This document shows, in pieces, positions 39,832 through 52,800 of a stretch of DNA of 64,000 nucleotides. This stretch comes from Cenococcum geophilum (taxonomy: Eukaryota). How positions within the stretch are numbered: position 1 is the stretch's first letter; every line of letters starts with the position of its first letter. The stretch spans positions 14,818,001 to 14,882,000 of the forward strand of contig CP158635.1 of assembly GCA_050273025.1 (NCBI GenBank). The letters run 5' to 3'. The translations under genes and the position numbers were made by a program. A model generated the notes under the pieces. The model worked only from the letters and a program-made list of their open reading frames with translations. It ran no database searches and was not told the DNA's origin.

Positions 39832-40932
39832 GAATGGATATTATAGACTTTACTAGTAGCAAGACCCTTAAATAGGGATATTAGATAGAAGTTAAGAGCG
39901 GTAGTAGCTATAGGCCTTTAACATTTATAATTTTACTACAGCACTAGGTAAAATATGGTATATTATAATATTATATATTACAGCTAAATAAAATATACTT
40001 TTAATAATTATAATCTCCAAAATAGATATGCGCATTATGGTAAAGATAGCCCAATTTATAAAGCCTAGTAATTTTAGTTTCTATCCCTTATAGGCTAGTA
40101 GTTAATTAATACTAATCTATAATCTAGATTTTAAGGGGTTATTTGGTTATAATCTATCGCTTTTAAATCTAAACTAAAAATCTAGCAGAAAGAACGCGTT
40201 TTTTTTCGATTTAATACGCATCTATAGCTCTACGGATTGTACGGATATATGCAATCTAAAGCCTTTAGATTTAATTTAGAGTTTAAATAAGAAGCTTTAA
40301 GCTCTTAATTTAAACTAACGCTAAGACCTTAGTTTAGATTCTGTATATAGTAAAGTTACTAACTTTTTAGTAACTTTTAGCGTGTTTTTTAGAACATCAA
40401 AAATTTATAGCTAAAGTTAAGTTAAACTAGAATTTAACCGAATGGTCGCCTTAAAATTAGATTAGAGCTTTAAATTAACTCTATTTTAAAGCCCTTATTC
40501 TAATCTAAACTTATAACTAAATATTCCCTAAGTACTTAACTAGTTAGATTATAGTCTAGATATCTTGCTAATAACCGTAACTATTATTAATTACTCTCCG
40601 TATAGTAGTATAGGCCGCCTTTATTTTCGCTAAACTATAATAGCCTTAAATAGGATCTAATCCTTTTCTTACTATAGCTGCCGCTAAGGCAATGTGACCT
40701 AACGCCCTCTCCTGCTTATATTAGGTATGCTATTCCTAATATTAGCACGCCGTTACTATATCTTAAAAAACTTATCGCTAATGCTATAGGCCCTTAGAAT
40801 AATACCTGTCCTATTATACTAGCTACTAGCTAGTAAAATACAGGACAAATATAATGTCTATATAGTTGCCCCTAATAGAAGAGCCTGTAGTAAAGGCAAT
40901 TCGCTATACTATATTTGGATAACTTAAGATTA

Positions 40933-43900
40933 TATCTATCTATCGCAGTTACGTAAGGGGATATTTAATTTTTATATAATTGGGAGGCGTAGGGCTATAA
41001 GGTCGCTCTAGGGCTAGTTCTTAATAGTTTTGCTAGTTCCTAGCACTTAAATCTGCTAAGGATTTGCCCTAAAGCGGCTAGATGTCCCTAACTATAAGCC
41101 TATAGCTGCAAGACTATCTAACTATAGTGGTCGCACTAAGGCTAGTTCTTAGTGGTTTTGCTAGTTCCTAGCACCTGCTAAAGAATTGCCTTAAAGCGCT
41201 ATCTATATATAATGTATACTAAGTATAAGGGATAGCAGGTAGGGAAAGCGAATTAGCCACGTAGTGACTGCGTTTGATATTCGTAAATATTGCAGGAGGT
41301 CTTAGTATTATACGTTGCTAAGGTGGATGCTGCTAAGCAATATATAGACGCTAGTATCTATCTATTGCAGTTACGTAAGGGGATATTTAATTTTTATATA
41401 ATTAGGAGGCGTAGGGCTATAAGGTCGCTCTAGGGCTAGTTTTTAGTAGTTTTACTAGTTCCTAGCATTTAAATCTACTAAGGATTTGCTCTAAAGCGGC
41501 TAGATATCCCTAAGCGAAGCTCCTGCGCCTAATAAGACATTACTATATTCTGCTATATTCTGCTATATTATTATATTCTACTAAATTCTACCACCTTATT
41601 ACATTCTGCTAAATTCTGCTATATTCTACTAACCCTAAGTTATAAGCTAACTAATTAGGATTTTCTATGCCCGGTATAGAAAATTACTATTAGCTTACTT
41701 ACTACTAGTGCCTTAGCGGCCCTCTTAATATCTTAACCTGCTACCTAGTAATCCTTACGCTAAAAGCGGTATACTACGCTGAAAGTAAGAGTTAAGGTAA
41801 TAGAGGTTAGTGGTTTTAGTTCTAATATATAGGCGGAAGGCTTCTAATAACTACCAACCTAGCTGCTGAATTTGCTAATATAAACACCCTAAATTTTTAG
41901 CGAACTGGGCAGCGCCCTAGCGGAAGAAGTAGTTTAAGTAACTACTTAGGTTAATCCTAGCAGCTACTAGATAGGAGGAAAGGATTTTATAAACCCCTAG
42001 AGAGGTAAAGGGTTTACTATTAAGACTAAATAAGGAAGAGTTAAGGGGTTAAGGGTCCCTATTAAACAGCTTTATTATAACAGCGACTAGGCATAATAGG
42101 CCGCCTACTGCCGCGATAGTGACGTTAACGCCCTAGTATTGCTTATTGGCTTTGCTCTATTTAAGGCGGAATATTATCCTACTAGGCGTAAAGGTAATAT
42201 TATATTGGGTAGCCTTTTTTGCTAGAAAGGTTGTTCGGTTCTTAAGCTCCGCCGTAGTATACGTAATTTTACTTATCTATAGAAATCTAGTAAATGCGAG
42301 GGTAAATATGGTATTAGTGTTGACATCCAGTAGCAATAGGCTGTGTGTTACTACCTGGACTAGAATATCCCTAGTAATGGGTTGCTTATCCTTTTTTGCT
42401 AAGGGAGAGATAGTAGCTGCTTTGGCGAGTAATTGGTGTACTATAGGATCCTTAAATGCTATAATTAAGATGCTGTAATTAATGTGGCGCAAGCGAATTG
42501 CGGAGATATAGGCTTATAAGGTTTTGGCCTTAAGCCTATCTATCTATAGCTAGGAGGTACTAAACGCGCGGTAGGTAATCTGTTCGCCTAGTTTATGCGG
42601 CTTAGCTAGGTAGGGGGAGACTCCTTTAAGTGCGCAGTATAACTCCTAGCTGTTAACTACTAAGGAATAGTTCCTATGGGTTGCTAGCGTAAGGCCGTTC
42701 TAGAGAAGGAGCGCGTAAAGGTTAGATAGCGCGTTAATATTATTTTTAAAGTTTATAGGCGGTTATAAGTAGTCCGTTAGGTTTACGGCACCTATTAAAA
42801 ACTTATTAGCTTTAGTAGTAATAAATTAAGGGCCTAGTATAGGTAGAACTAATAGATAGCTATAGCCTAGAATTAAGATAGTATATTAGCTAAGCTATTT
42901 AAATTACCTAAGATCTACTTCGTGGATATTATAATATTATAAGCTATAGTAGCTAGTATGATTTTGCGGAGCGATTTATTTGCTACGCTATAAATAACGG
43001 TCTTTTTAATACCCTGGTGAACTACTATACTATTAATATAAATAGATAGCGCGCTATACTGCTAGTTAGTAGACTATAGATTAAATGCGTAAGTAATAGT
43101 ATACATCTCTTTCGGATTAATATAGTCTACTTATTAACTGGGCTTAGGCAATATACTAAACGCCTAAGATTAAGGGAGGTTGGCTATATACTACTGCTAG
43201 TTATTCTTATATTTAAGTTTCTTAAAAAAGTAAAAGCCGCTAAACCTAAACTAGGTAGAGGCGTTAGTAAAGAGATAAATATAGGTACGCTTGACGTTAT
43301 TAAAGAATAATACCCTATTACTTATAGTAAGTAGGTTAAGCTAGATATATAAGTCACTTCGTAACTTAGTGCTAAATTGCCTAGGTTTATACTTATTTGC
43401 TAGAGTCTTTAGCTAAGTAGTAATAAAAATTTAGAGGAATCTAGAGTAAGATTAACTAAGTTTAATTATATAGGCGTACTATACAAGGTAGCCCGCAAGC
43501 TACTAGGCTTAAAGGAATAATAATAAGCCGTATTAGAGTGCGGTAGTGACTTTTTTAATAGCATATAATTGTTTTTGTGGTAATAATCGCGTCTGTATTT
43601 ATATGGTATTAATAGTATATCCTAAAACTTTAATAATAGTTTCTGCTATATCTTTAGAGCTATTTTAAGGGATACCTAGGGAGTTAGTAATAGAGATGTA
43701 AGTCTAGGTAACAGCCGCTAAGTTGTTTAGGTTAGTAAGGATAAAGATAAAGTTATTTAGGTAGTATTTTACCTTATAAGGTAGTTATAAATAGAGTATC
43801 TAGTGCAGGCCTTCTGCGAAGAGGTTAAATATAAGCGGCGCAGTTTAAAGACTAAAGGATAGGTAGTATTTTTAGTAGGTAACACCTTCCTAGGAGAAGC

Positions 43901-45716
43901 CTATTAATATTCTTACCCTATAAGATAGGGGGACTATATAGAACGCGTCTTTAATATCTTTTTTAAGTAGTAAATATTTACGACCTGCAGAAATAACGTG
44001 GGCTTAAATAGTGGTAACTATAGTGTATACTAGTGCTCCATATTCTTCTAGGATTGCGTTATTAACTAAAGATGCTAGTGGAAAGGAGAGATTATAAATT
44101 TAGCGGTATCCTCTATCCGATTTTGGCACTAGGCTAAAAGGTAAGACTATAATAGGCCCTGTCGCGATTCTAATATATCCTTTTTTAAGGTCTAATATTA
44201 TCTTCTTAGAGATAAGGTTGGCGTTATCCTAAGAGAAGTTGTGGTTTCTATAAGATCTTAAAGTAGGGATAGATTTGGCTCCTATCTTATAGCTATAGGT
44301 TAGGATGCCTACTAAGATGGCTAGTAAATTGCCTAGGTAGTTAGATAGAAGGGAGTGCTACGCTAAGATTCTTAGGGGTAATAGAGAGTAGTAGAGAGCC
44401 TTCGCCTTTATAAAGGTAGGGAATAATGGTAACGTATTAGGCCTAGGTCCTAGGCGTATAATTAAAGTTATTATTATTATTATGCTAGACCCTACTTTAT
44501 AAGGTTCGCCTTACTATTCCTAGGCGCAAGCTTTAGATAATATAGTATAATCTTTACTACACTTTAAGTACTTATGCGGGTATTTGCAAGCTATATTATT
44601 GCAGCCTCTACTATTAAATTTATGGTAGGTATTAGAGGTATAGGAGGTATCTAATCTAGGTTTCTTTAAGGCAGTAAAGCTAATAGTACTAGACATTGTG
44701 AGGTATGGCGCTATATACTAGGCTAGCATTTACTAATTAGCGGGCTTTAGTTAGCCATTAGTTATTATAAAGGTGTAGTAGTTAAGTGCTAAATTAAGTA
44801 TACAATCTACCTAGATATACTAGGTTAATAAGGTATAAATTATATTTATTTAGAGAAGTATACTAGCAATAAAGTCCAGCGGGCATGTATAAAGGGTGCT
44901 AGTAATAACTATATAGTTAGTAAAACCTTTAAACTAGACGCCTTTATCTATAAATAGCTTCCTATCTACCTTTGCCTTTCTTATAACTAGAGTACTATTC
45001 TTAATCCGTGTCTTATTAGCGATCTTAATTTAAGCGGTATAGACTTAAAGATAGGCAAGGTTTACTAGATTAAAGGTACCCTTAAAAATATCTAAGTAAT
45101 CCCTTTTTATAACGCTAGGAAGGCGGAGTTTAAGTAACTTTATACTAGGAGGGAGAGGCTTACTAAGGATATTAGCTATAGTAGCTGTTATAATGGCCTA
45201 TAAGGCTAAAGCGGCTAAGCCTAACTATAATTAAGCCATTTAAGCTAGGTAGTATTTATGCTAGCAAGCCTCCTCTACTAGGCGGGCTTTGCGCTCTTCC
45301 TTATACTTCTAAATCTCCCTTTTATCTTGGGCTTGTTCCCTTTACTCTTTAGTAATTTCGCGCTCTTTTACGGCAGTAGCGTATATATTAGCCTTGGACG
45401 GCATTATAGGATTAATAGAGGAGAGTGTAGCGGTTGTAGACGATGGTGTAGTTAAGGTAGGTCGTCTAGGTAGGTTTACTTATTAGGATTATATACGCGT
45501 ATAAATCTCCTAGTTAGTTATAAGCAGTAATAGCGTTATAAAATAATTCTTAAATAAATAAATAATAAATATACAATAAATATTAATAAGTTTAGCAATA
45601 TTAAAAGCGAATTAGCCATGTAGTAACTGCGTTTAATATTCGCGAATATTGCAGGAGGTCTTAGCATTGTGCGTTACTAAGGTAGATGCTGCTAAGCAAT
45701 ATATAGACGCTAGTAT
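40933..45716 (-). mobile_element. Ngaro-type tyrosine-recombinase retrotransposon, structurally complete, RIP-inactivated
   Basis: Split direct repeats: A1 45604-45716, B1 41358-41513, A2 41245-41357, B2 40936-41091. Gag with a Cys/His finger (~44550-44630), RT/RNase H (~42.8-44.3 kb), and YR with KQPITRDIL..FTLAF.(G)FL(R) (ORF 42277-42492) and H(S)FR.GAAQ..IQQLG.(W)..EAFRLY (~41825-41935). Confidence 0.92.
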
Positions 45717-46800
45717 ATACAGGTAATAATCTTAGGGCTTTCTAGTGCGATAGGAGGTCTTACTACAAGGTAAACTTAACTAAAGTTACTATCTTTATAT
45801 AGATTAGATTAACTATAATTAATTAATACCTTTTAGCCCGCCTAGTAAAATATATTACGCTAGAGATAGGGCTAGATAAACGTTAGTAATATATTATAAT
45901 TACGACGGACACCTATATACTATCTCTACGGATAGCCGTAAATATAACCTAGCCCACCCTATAATAAACTGCCCTTAATAGAGTAGCCCTTAAGGCCCTA
46001 TTGTTTCGGATAAGTATAGTCTCTATATAGGCGGTCTATATCTACTCCTTATTATAATCCACCCCGGCCTCTAAAAACATCTTAACTAGTAGCTAATATT
46101 CGACTATGCGTAGGTCTTAAGGCGTATTAGACAGCGATACTAGACTTAAGGCTACGTCTATACTTAGGACTAAGTTCGTACTATCTAGTTTCCGCCTATA
46201 AAGTAGTATAACGAGTTATTTAAGATTATAGCTGCAGTTCTATATATAGTTAAGCTAGGACAAACTCTGTAAGTTTGCGGTAACTATATGCCCCCTTTCC
46301 GTATCCACTATATAGTTAATACTAGGCCGCCCTAGCACCTTTATCTTCTTATATATATTTAACTATATATAGGCTAGTATATTTTATATAGCCTTGTATA
46401 CCTATAGCGCTAGTGCCTTTTTATATTCTACTACCTAACGGATAACTTTCTGGATTACCTGCTTGTATAGTAAATCGTTTAGTTATCCGCGAAATAAAAT
46501 ATATAAGATGCCGTCCTTAATAATAACCTACTTAAAAGTCCGCTTAATAGTATTAAGTCTTTCCGCAGTAATATCTAAGCCGGTAATAAGCTATATATCT
46601 TTTCACGGGTCTATAGCGCTTGCAGAGTTATATTATACCACATTTACGGTATACTACTATCGTATATCGCGTCCTATTGTAAAAAATAGTCTAGTATCCT
46701 AAGTAGGGAATAGTAGTGTTTAGAATTCTATGCTTAGTATAATAGAGAGGCGGCGCAATATTAGTAATAAGTAGAGTTTCCTAGCCTAACGTGACGCGAT
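45717..46800 (-). pseudogene. Unidentified RIP-inactivated gene divergent from the Plavaka transposase; probably continues at ~40600-40935 beyond the Ngaro insertion
   Basis: One protein-like minus-strand frame of over 300 codons is broken almost only by TAA/TAG stops. No domain was recognised. Confidence 0.5.
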
Positions 46801-47099
46801 CTAGTATAAATTAGCGTTAAATATAATAGGTTACGCTATCTAGCACGTTAATATCCACGGATATCGCTATACTCTTACTATACTCCTCCTATCTTAACTA
46901 GCTTATAATATAGTATAAGCTATAAACACTACTTTAAATATATAGTTCTACACAGATATTATTTTCGGCCCCCTTCTAACTAAACTGTAGTAAATTATAG
47001 CTTAATGCGGTAATTTATAAATAAGCTCTATCTAGCAGTAATATAGAAAGTGTGGGACTAAAGTAAAAAGTATAGGCGGTTTAATTTGTTATAAATAAT

Positions 47100-48518
47100 A
47101 TTATTTAAGATAATAGAAATGGAAGAAGGGTAGATATAAGGGCGTTAATATTAAAGAGATAAATAATAATGCACCCTTACGCTATTAAAGCTGAGAGGAG
47201 TATTAGATAGCCTATTATAGGGCTAAGCTAGAGCAATATAATAAGTGGCTACTTATATAATATATAGACGACAATATACTATTATAATATTAAACCTTAA
47301 AAGGGTATTATATAACTAATTATAAGGCCGAATTAGAGTAAGATAATAAGTAGCCACCTATATAAGCTCTAGGCGATAATATTATTAATAAGCTAAATAA
47401 CAGGGCTACGGATATACACTATAACAATAATTCCGTAATATTTAATAGGGTATATAACCTAGTAATAGTTAAGACTAATTAGTAAACTTTAACTGGAATA
47501 TCTATAGATGTCTTTTAGACTAAAATATTTAAAGAGGCCACTGGCCGCGCTATAGGAAAGCCTCTGGAATGGAACTAAGGAAATCCGCAAACTATAAACG
47601 ATACTATAATAGTATGCGATATTATACCGCGTATTAAGCGTACTAGCAATATACTAGATAAGACACCTCCCCTATTTTATCTATTTAGTAGTAAGGCAGA
47701 ATACGCATAAGTCTTATAATAGGTAAGCTATAGGACTTTTAACCGCGCTATTAACGAGTAGTTTAACGATATTAGGCTTTAGGGAGTGTTTACTAACCAT
47801 TTTTCTTACTAGAGTGCTAATAATATTAAAGTAAAACTACTTTTAAAATAGATGTAATCTAAAAGTAATTAACCGTAGTAGATTAAAATAATTATAACTA
47901 TAGGGGACTAGTAGCTGCTAGTATATTACCGAAATGCTCTAAAGATCGTATCCTTCTTTATTAGTTACGGCCCTTTTTAAAGAGATATAACTTTCTCGCT
48001 AGTAAGGTAGTACTTATTAGTAGGAATAAGAATATATAATAAGCTTAACACAGTAGACTAGTAGTAGGAGACGTAAAAGCAGCTACTGCTTAGCGTAACC
48101 ATAGTGCTAATTATATTAGCTAGCGATAAGACCTAACTAACATAACATACCGGCGGCAAGAAAGCATAGCCGCTCTATATTTTAATTGGAAATATTAAAC
48201 TACGCGTTTAATAATCTGTAAATTAACTAGCCCTATTACTGCTTATATATCTCCCGGTCTATATACCTAGCAACTAAATAATATAACTAGCGGTGCAATA
48301 TAAGACCCTTACGGCTATCCTTAAACGTATGCTTTAGCGACAACCCTACTGCTAATATAGTTATACTAATAATGCCTATAGCGTTAGAGAAAGCTAATAA
48401 AAAAGAAGTACGTCTTTTATATATAGATGGCTAGGATTAACACTACTTTCTACTTTTAGCTATATTTATGGCTAATTATAAAGAATAGGTTACGCTTATA
48501 GGTATTAAGAGTGGCTGG
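47100..48518 (+). pseudogene. Plavaka transposase (CACTA/Mirage/Chapaev-related), RIP-inactivated and 3'-truncated
   Basis: RIYN(E)LNT.D(WWW)ET(Q)KQL...TIV(P)IILASDKT(Q)LT..GGKKA(W)PLYI.IGNI at ~48030-48196. After a probable intron comes DG..(R)H(C)F(P)LLA.FMA(D)Y.E(Q), up to ~48518. Confidence 0.88.
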
Positions 48519-49009
48519 CTTTCGTCTTCATGCACGAGTACATTTTCTAATCTTCTATTTTGAGAAGTGAGATGTTTCTTTAGAGAAAGTACTATTATAG
48601 CGGCCAAGCTCATGCATCCAATGCAAACGAAAAGTCCTTTCATATGCAAGGGCTCATCACTATGGATGTAATTGTTGACGCCTACCGGAAATGCCAAGTG
48701 TCCCACATGGTCGCCGAAATGCAATAAAGCAAAGCTCACACATTTTCTCCATTTGGTGGGACTGCTGTTAAGAGTTTATGCTTTGGCTAATGCGACGATG
48801 CTGAAATACCCATTCATGATAGGATGAATTCCAGCATATTGCCACCCCAACTCCATTTGCTTAGCCGCCATGAGAGCCATGAGTAAGAACCACATCGCTG
48901 CGAGGAAGGCACTGTAGAAGATAAACATGCCACGTCTCCGAGATTGGTCGGACAAATGACTTGTGACGAATCTGGGGCTAATTTTGGAACCCTCGTTAAA
49001 AGTTGACAA
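48519..49009 (-). pseudogene. Fragment of an MFS transporter (allantoate/nicotinate-permease-like C-terminal half)
   Basis: ORFs 48776-49009 and 48476-48739 give SDQSRRRG.FI, hydrophobic helices and L..QNRRLE. The reading frame is broken and both ends are missing. Confidence 0.6.
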
Positions 49010-49830
49010 TTTCTTTTGACTCTGCCACGAAGTGAGCCGAACCTAAGTTAGGCCTAATAAGCCGGCCTAAGTAAAAGCGGCACCGGGAGAAGGGGGTAGT
49101 ATAACTAATATAATAAGTTTTCTTATATTAATAGGTTCTAGGTATTAAACGCCTTCTCGATTTATATAATATATATAGCTTTATAAATATATTACTAGAT
49201 AGTCTAGAAATGTTATATAGTACTTAATAAATAGTATTATAAGTAGATTATACATTACGTTCATTAAAACCATTATTTCTAGATTTCAAGCCTACGAATA
49301 TATTATAAACATGTTTAGAACTGCTTTATAACCATATATTTTCCTCTTCAATAATGGTGCTCCGTTATACTTAAAGACGATCGTTAAGAGTTAGAGTAAA
49401 GTCTTTAACGTCTCTCTTAGTACTTCTATATTATTAATATAGATATCTAGTAGCTAAAGCTATCTATTATTAAAGCCTTCTTGAAATAGATCAGAACACG
49501 GTTAGAATATATTATAAACAACTTACCCATTTTTTATTTCGTGCTTTTGATGAGAAGTTAAAATATAAATATCATGGTCAACCGACCACGTGACAGGGGA
49601 CCGCCTAATTTCGGCTAGGTCAGCCGAACTTTTAGTGCGGTCAGGCGGCCTGCGCTACGCGACTCGCATTAGGCAGCTCCAGGCTCCAACACCCATGCGA
49701 TATTACCGTTTGAGACGCGATATCTCCGCTCTCGTGGTGCACATAAAGTCTTGCGCCCTTTGTGTCCTCGGAATTGTTCTGTGAAGCGAGCTTCCAGCGT
49801 AGTAGTCTAGGCTTCTTCTGCGGTGCTCCT

Positions 49831-52800
49831 ATGGCGTCCAACTATACGGACATAGCCTCGACATGCACCCTTCATGCCGACAATGTATTCGGCCCAGTGG
49901 TTGCTTCTCCCTGCCGTCATGGCTTTGATTTTACCTTATTGTTTGAACAATCCATTCTCTCAATTGTCCCATCGTCTATCTTCCTTCTGCTAGTGCCTTT
50001 GAGATTGTTCTGGCTGTATCGTTCTAGCATTACTACCCTCCCTCACTATAGTGTTTACACTGGAAAAGCGGTAAGAACTCTGGGATGCTTTACTTCCAGT
50101 TGAGAGCACTTCTGACTTACAATACCTACCCTCAGCTGGCCATATCCCTTCTTGCCGGCCTTCAGTTAACCCTTCTAATACTATGGACGACAAACCCGAC
50201 CATCCGCACGCTAACTTCGGTACCTTCTGCTATACTTTCGCTTGTCGGTGCACTGGCGATATATCCATTATCCTACTTAGAACACACTCGCTCTGTTCGT
50301 CCTTCGGCCCTTCTTGAAGTCTACCTTATAGCCTCCTTGCTGCTCAATATCCCTCAAGCACGCACACTCTTTCTTCAGCATAATGACATATCAATTGCAG
50401 CCATTTTCGCAGCGAGCATTGGGGCCATGTTATTGCTCTGGATCCTGGAGGCTCGGAATAAGACAAAGCACCTTAAATATCCGTATAAGGAATATCCCCC
50501 TGAGGCTACTCGGGGAGTTTGGAATAGGACGTTTTTCTGGTGGTTGAACTCTCTATTCGTCAGGGGCTTCAAAAGAATCCTGTCCTTGGAGGATCTTTAC
50601 CAGACACCCCCAAGCTTGTCTTCAGAGCGGCTGCGGGATGAGATGCAGGCAGTCTGGGACCGACGATGTAAGTGATGCTGCGTGTATTCCTACTGTATCT
50701 ATCGTGCTGACATTTTCTCAGCTAAACCTGAAGGCCGGCGTTCCTTGGTATGGACATGTGTAAAATGTCTTCGTTGGCCGTTACTCTCAGTCGTACCTCC
50801 CCGCTTATGCTTAATCGGTTTCAACTACGCCCAGCCTTTCTTGATAAGCCGTATGATCAGCTTCGTGAATCAGCCGCGTGCGTCTCAGAATTATAATCAG
50901 AGTCTTGGTTTGATTGCTGCTGCGGCTTTGATCTATACTGGCGTTGCTGTGAGTGTATTTATCTCCCCACGGAAAGACCGAGATGCTAACAAGGTACCTA
51001 GGTATCTACCGTGTGCTACATGCATCGACTATTTCGGTCGATCACTATGCTTCGGGGCGGACTGGTCGGCCTTATCTTTAACAAGACACTTCTTTTGCGC
51101 GATGGAGTATATGATGAATCTGCGTGAGTATATCATCTTTGTCTTAGTCACACCGTTACCGGTATTGATTCGTTGTTGCAGTGCAATAACACATATGTCG
51201 ACCGACATTGATAGAATAGCCGCAAGCATGCAGAGCATGCATGAGACCTGGGCTCGCCTTATTGAGGTGTCAATCGGTGTCTGGCTGCTTTCAATCCAAC
51301 TAGGAGCAGTCTCGGTAATACCCATCATTGTTGTAATTAGTGAGTTGAGCATTATAGTCTCGTAAAGCATCATATATAAGCTAATATGTAGGATAGTTTG
51401 CGCCGCTATAAACACTCGAGCCGCAAAGCATTCTAGTAACCAGCAAAAGATCTGGGCCGCATCTCTTCAGACACGCATTGCGTCAACAGCGTCTCTGCTA
51501 AGTTCAATGAAGAGTGTAAAGATGATGGGTTTAGCAGGCTTGATGTCCAACAGCATCCAGGACCAGCGCGTTAAAGAGATGAAATCAGCGAATGGGTATA
51601 GATGGCTGGTAATATTAACAAACACAATTGGTAAGTTAACTCCTGCAGAGCACATCTATGCCTTCGTATTCTGATTTTTTAACAGGATACACTCCTGCCA
51701 TCTTTGCGCCTGTCCTAACCTTTGTGGCATTCGAAATAAAAGCAAGAGTTCAGGGCTCGAGCTCCCTTTCCACTAATCAAGCCCTCACGTCGCTAGCCAC
51801 AGTAACTCTACTAACAAACCCCGCATCTACTTTGCTGACTGCGATCCCCGAAACTGGTGCTGCCATTGGATGTTTTGAACGCATCCAGAAATTTCTCGTT
51901 GCGCCCTCTTGGGAGGATAAAAGGGGCCGCACGGCACAACACCGATTAACTTCGGACGAGCCTTCCTCATCTCAAGTGAATGCGGACATAGAACTTCAAG
52001 AATTTCGGGCTGACAACCAGGGATCGAGCTCTCGAGTTACCTTTCCCAAGAAGTCCGAGAAGAATGCGATTTCAATGACTGGAATAACAGTTCGGCCCTC
52101 ACCAACTTCAGAGCCCGCTGTCTTTGACATTGACCTGCAACTCAAAGCTTCCACAACAGCGATATTGACTGGACCAGTGGGATCTGGGAAGTCTACCCTT
52201 ATGAAAGCTATCCTAGGAGAGCTTCTTCTCGACAAGGGCGACATCTCTATTACCTCCACAAATTTTGGGTACTGTAGTCAAACGCCATGGATTTTGAATA
52301 CGACTATTCAACGAAACATTTGCGGTTTGGGAAGAGCCCATAACATTGACGAAGAATGGTATCAATCTGTTCTAACTGCTTGTGGCCTGGATCAAGATCT
52401 GCTTCAGTTGGAGGACGGGGATCAAAGCACACCCGGTACCCGAGGTTTGACACTCAGTGGTGGTCAGAAGCAACGCGTAGCTCTTGCACGTGTGCTTTAC
52501 GCGAAACCTGATATTGTACTCCTCGATGATGTATTAAGTGCATTGGATAGCAAAACCGAGAGGCTTGTTATCACCAATCTTCTCGGCCCACAAGGACTTT
52601 TCCGGAAATTCAAATCTACGGTTGTTTTGATCACTCATTCCACTCGTCACTTCCATCTTGCCGACCACATCGCAGTTCTAAATAAGGAGGGAAAGATATC
52701 TCAACAAGGAAATTTTGACGAGTTAAAAGTGCAAGACGGTTATGTCAAAAGCCTACTTCTAGACACATATCATGGTATAGAAGAGGCAGCTCCCGCCACA

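Noticed and set aside
42146..42478. 110-aa plus-strand ORF
   Set aside because: It is antisense to the Ngaro tyrosine recombinase.
46463..46702. 79-aa plus-strand ORF
   Set aside because: It is antisense to the longer RIPped minus-strand frame and has no recognisable features.
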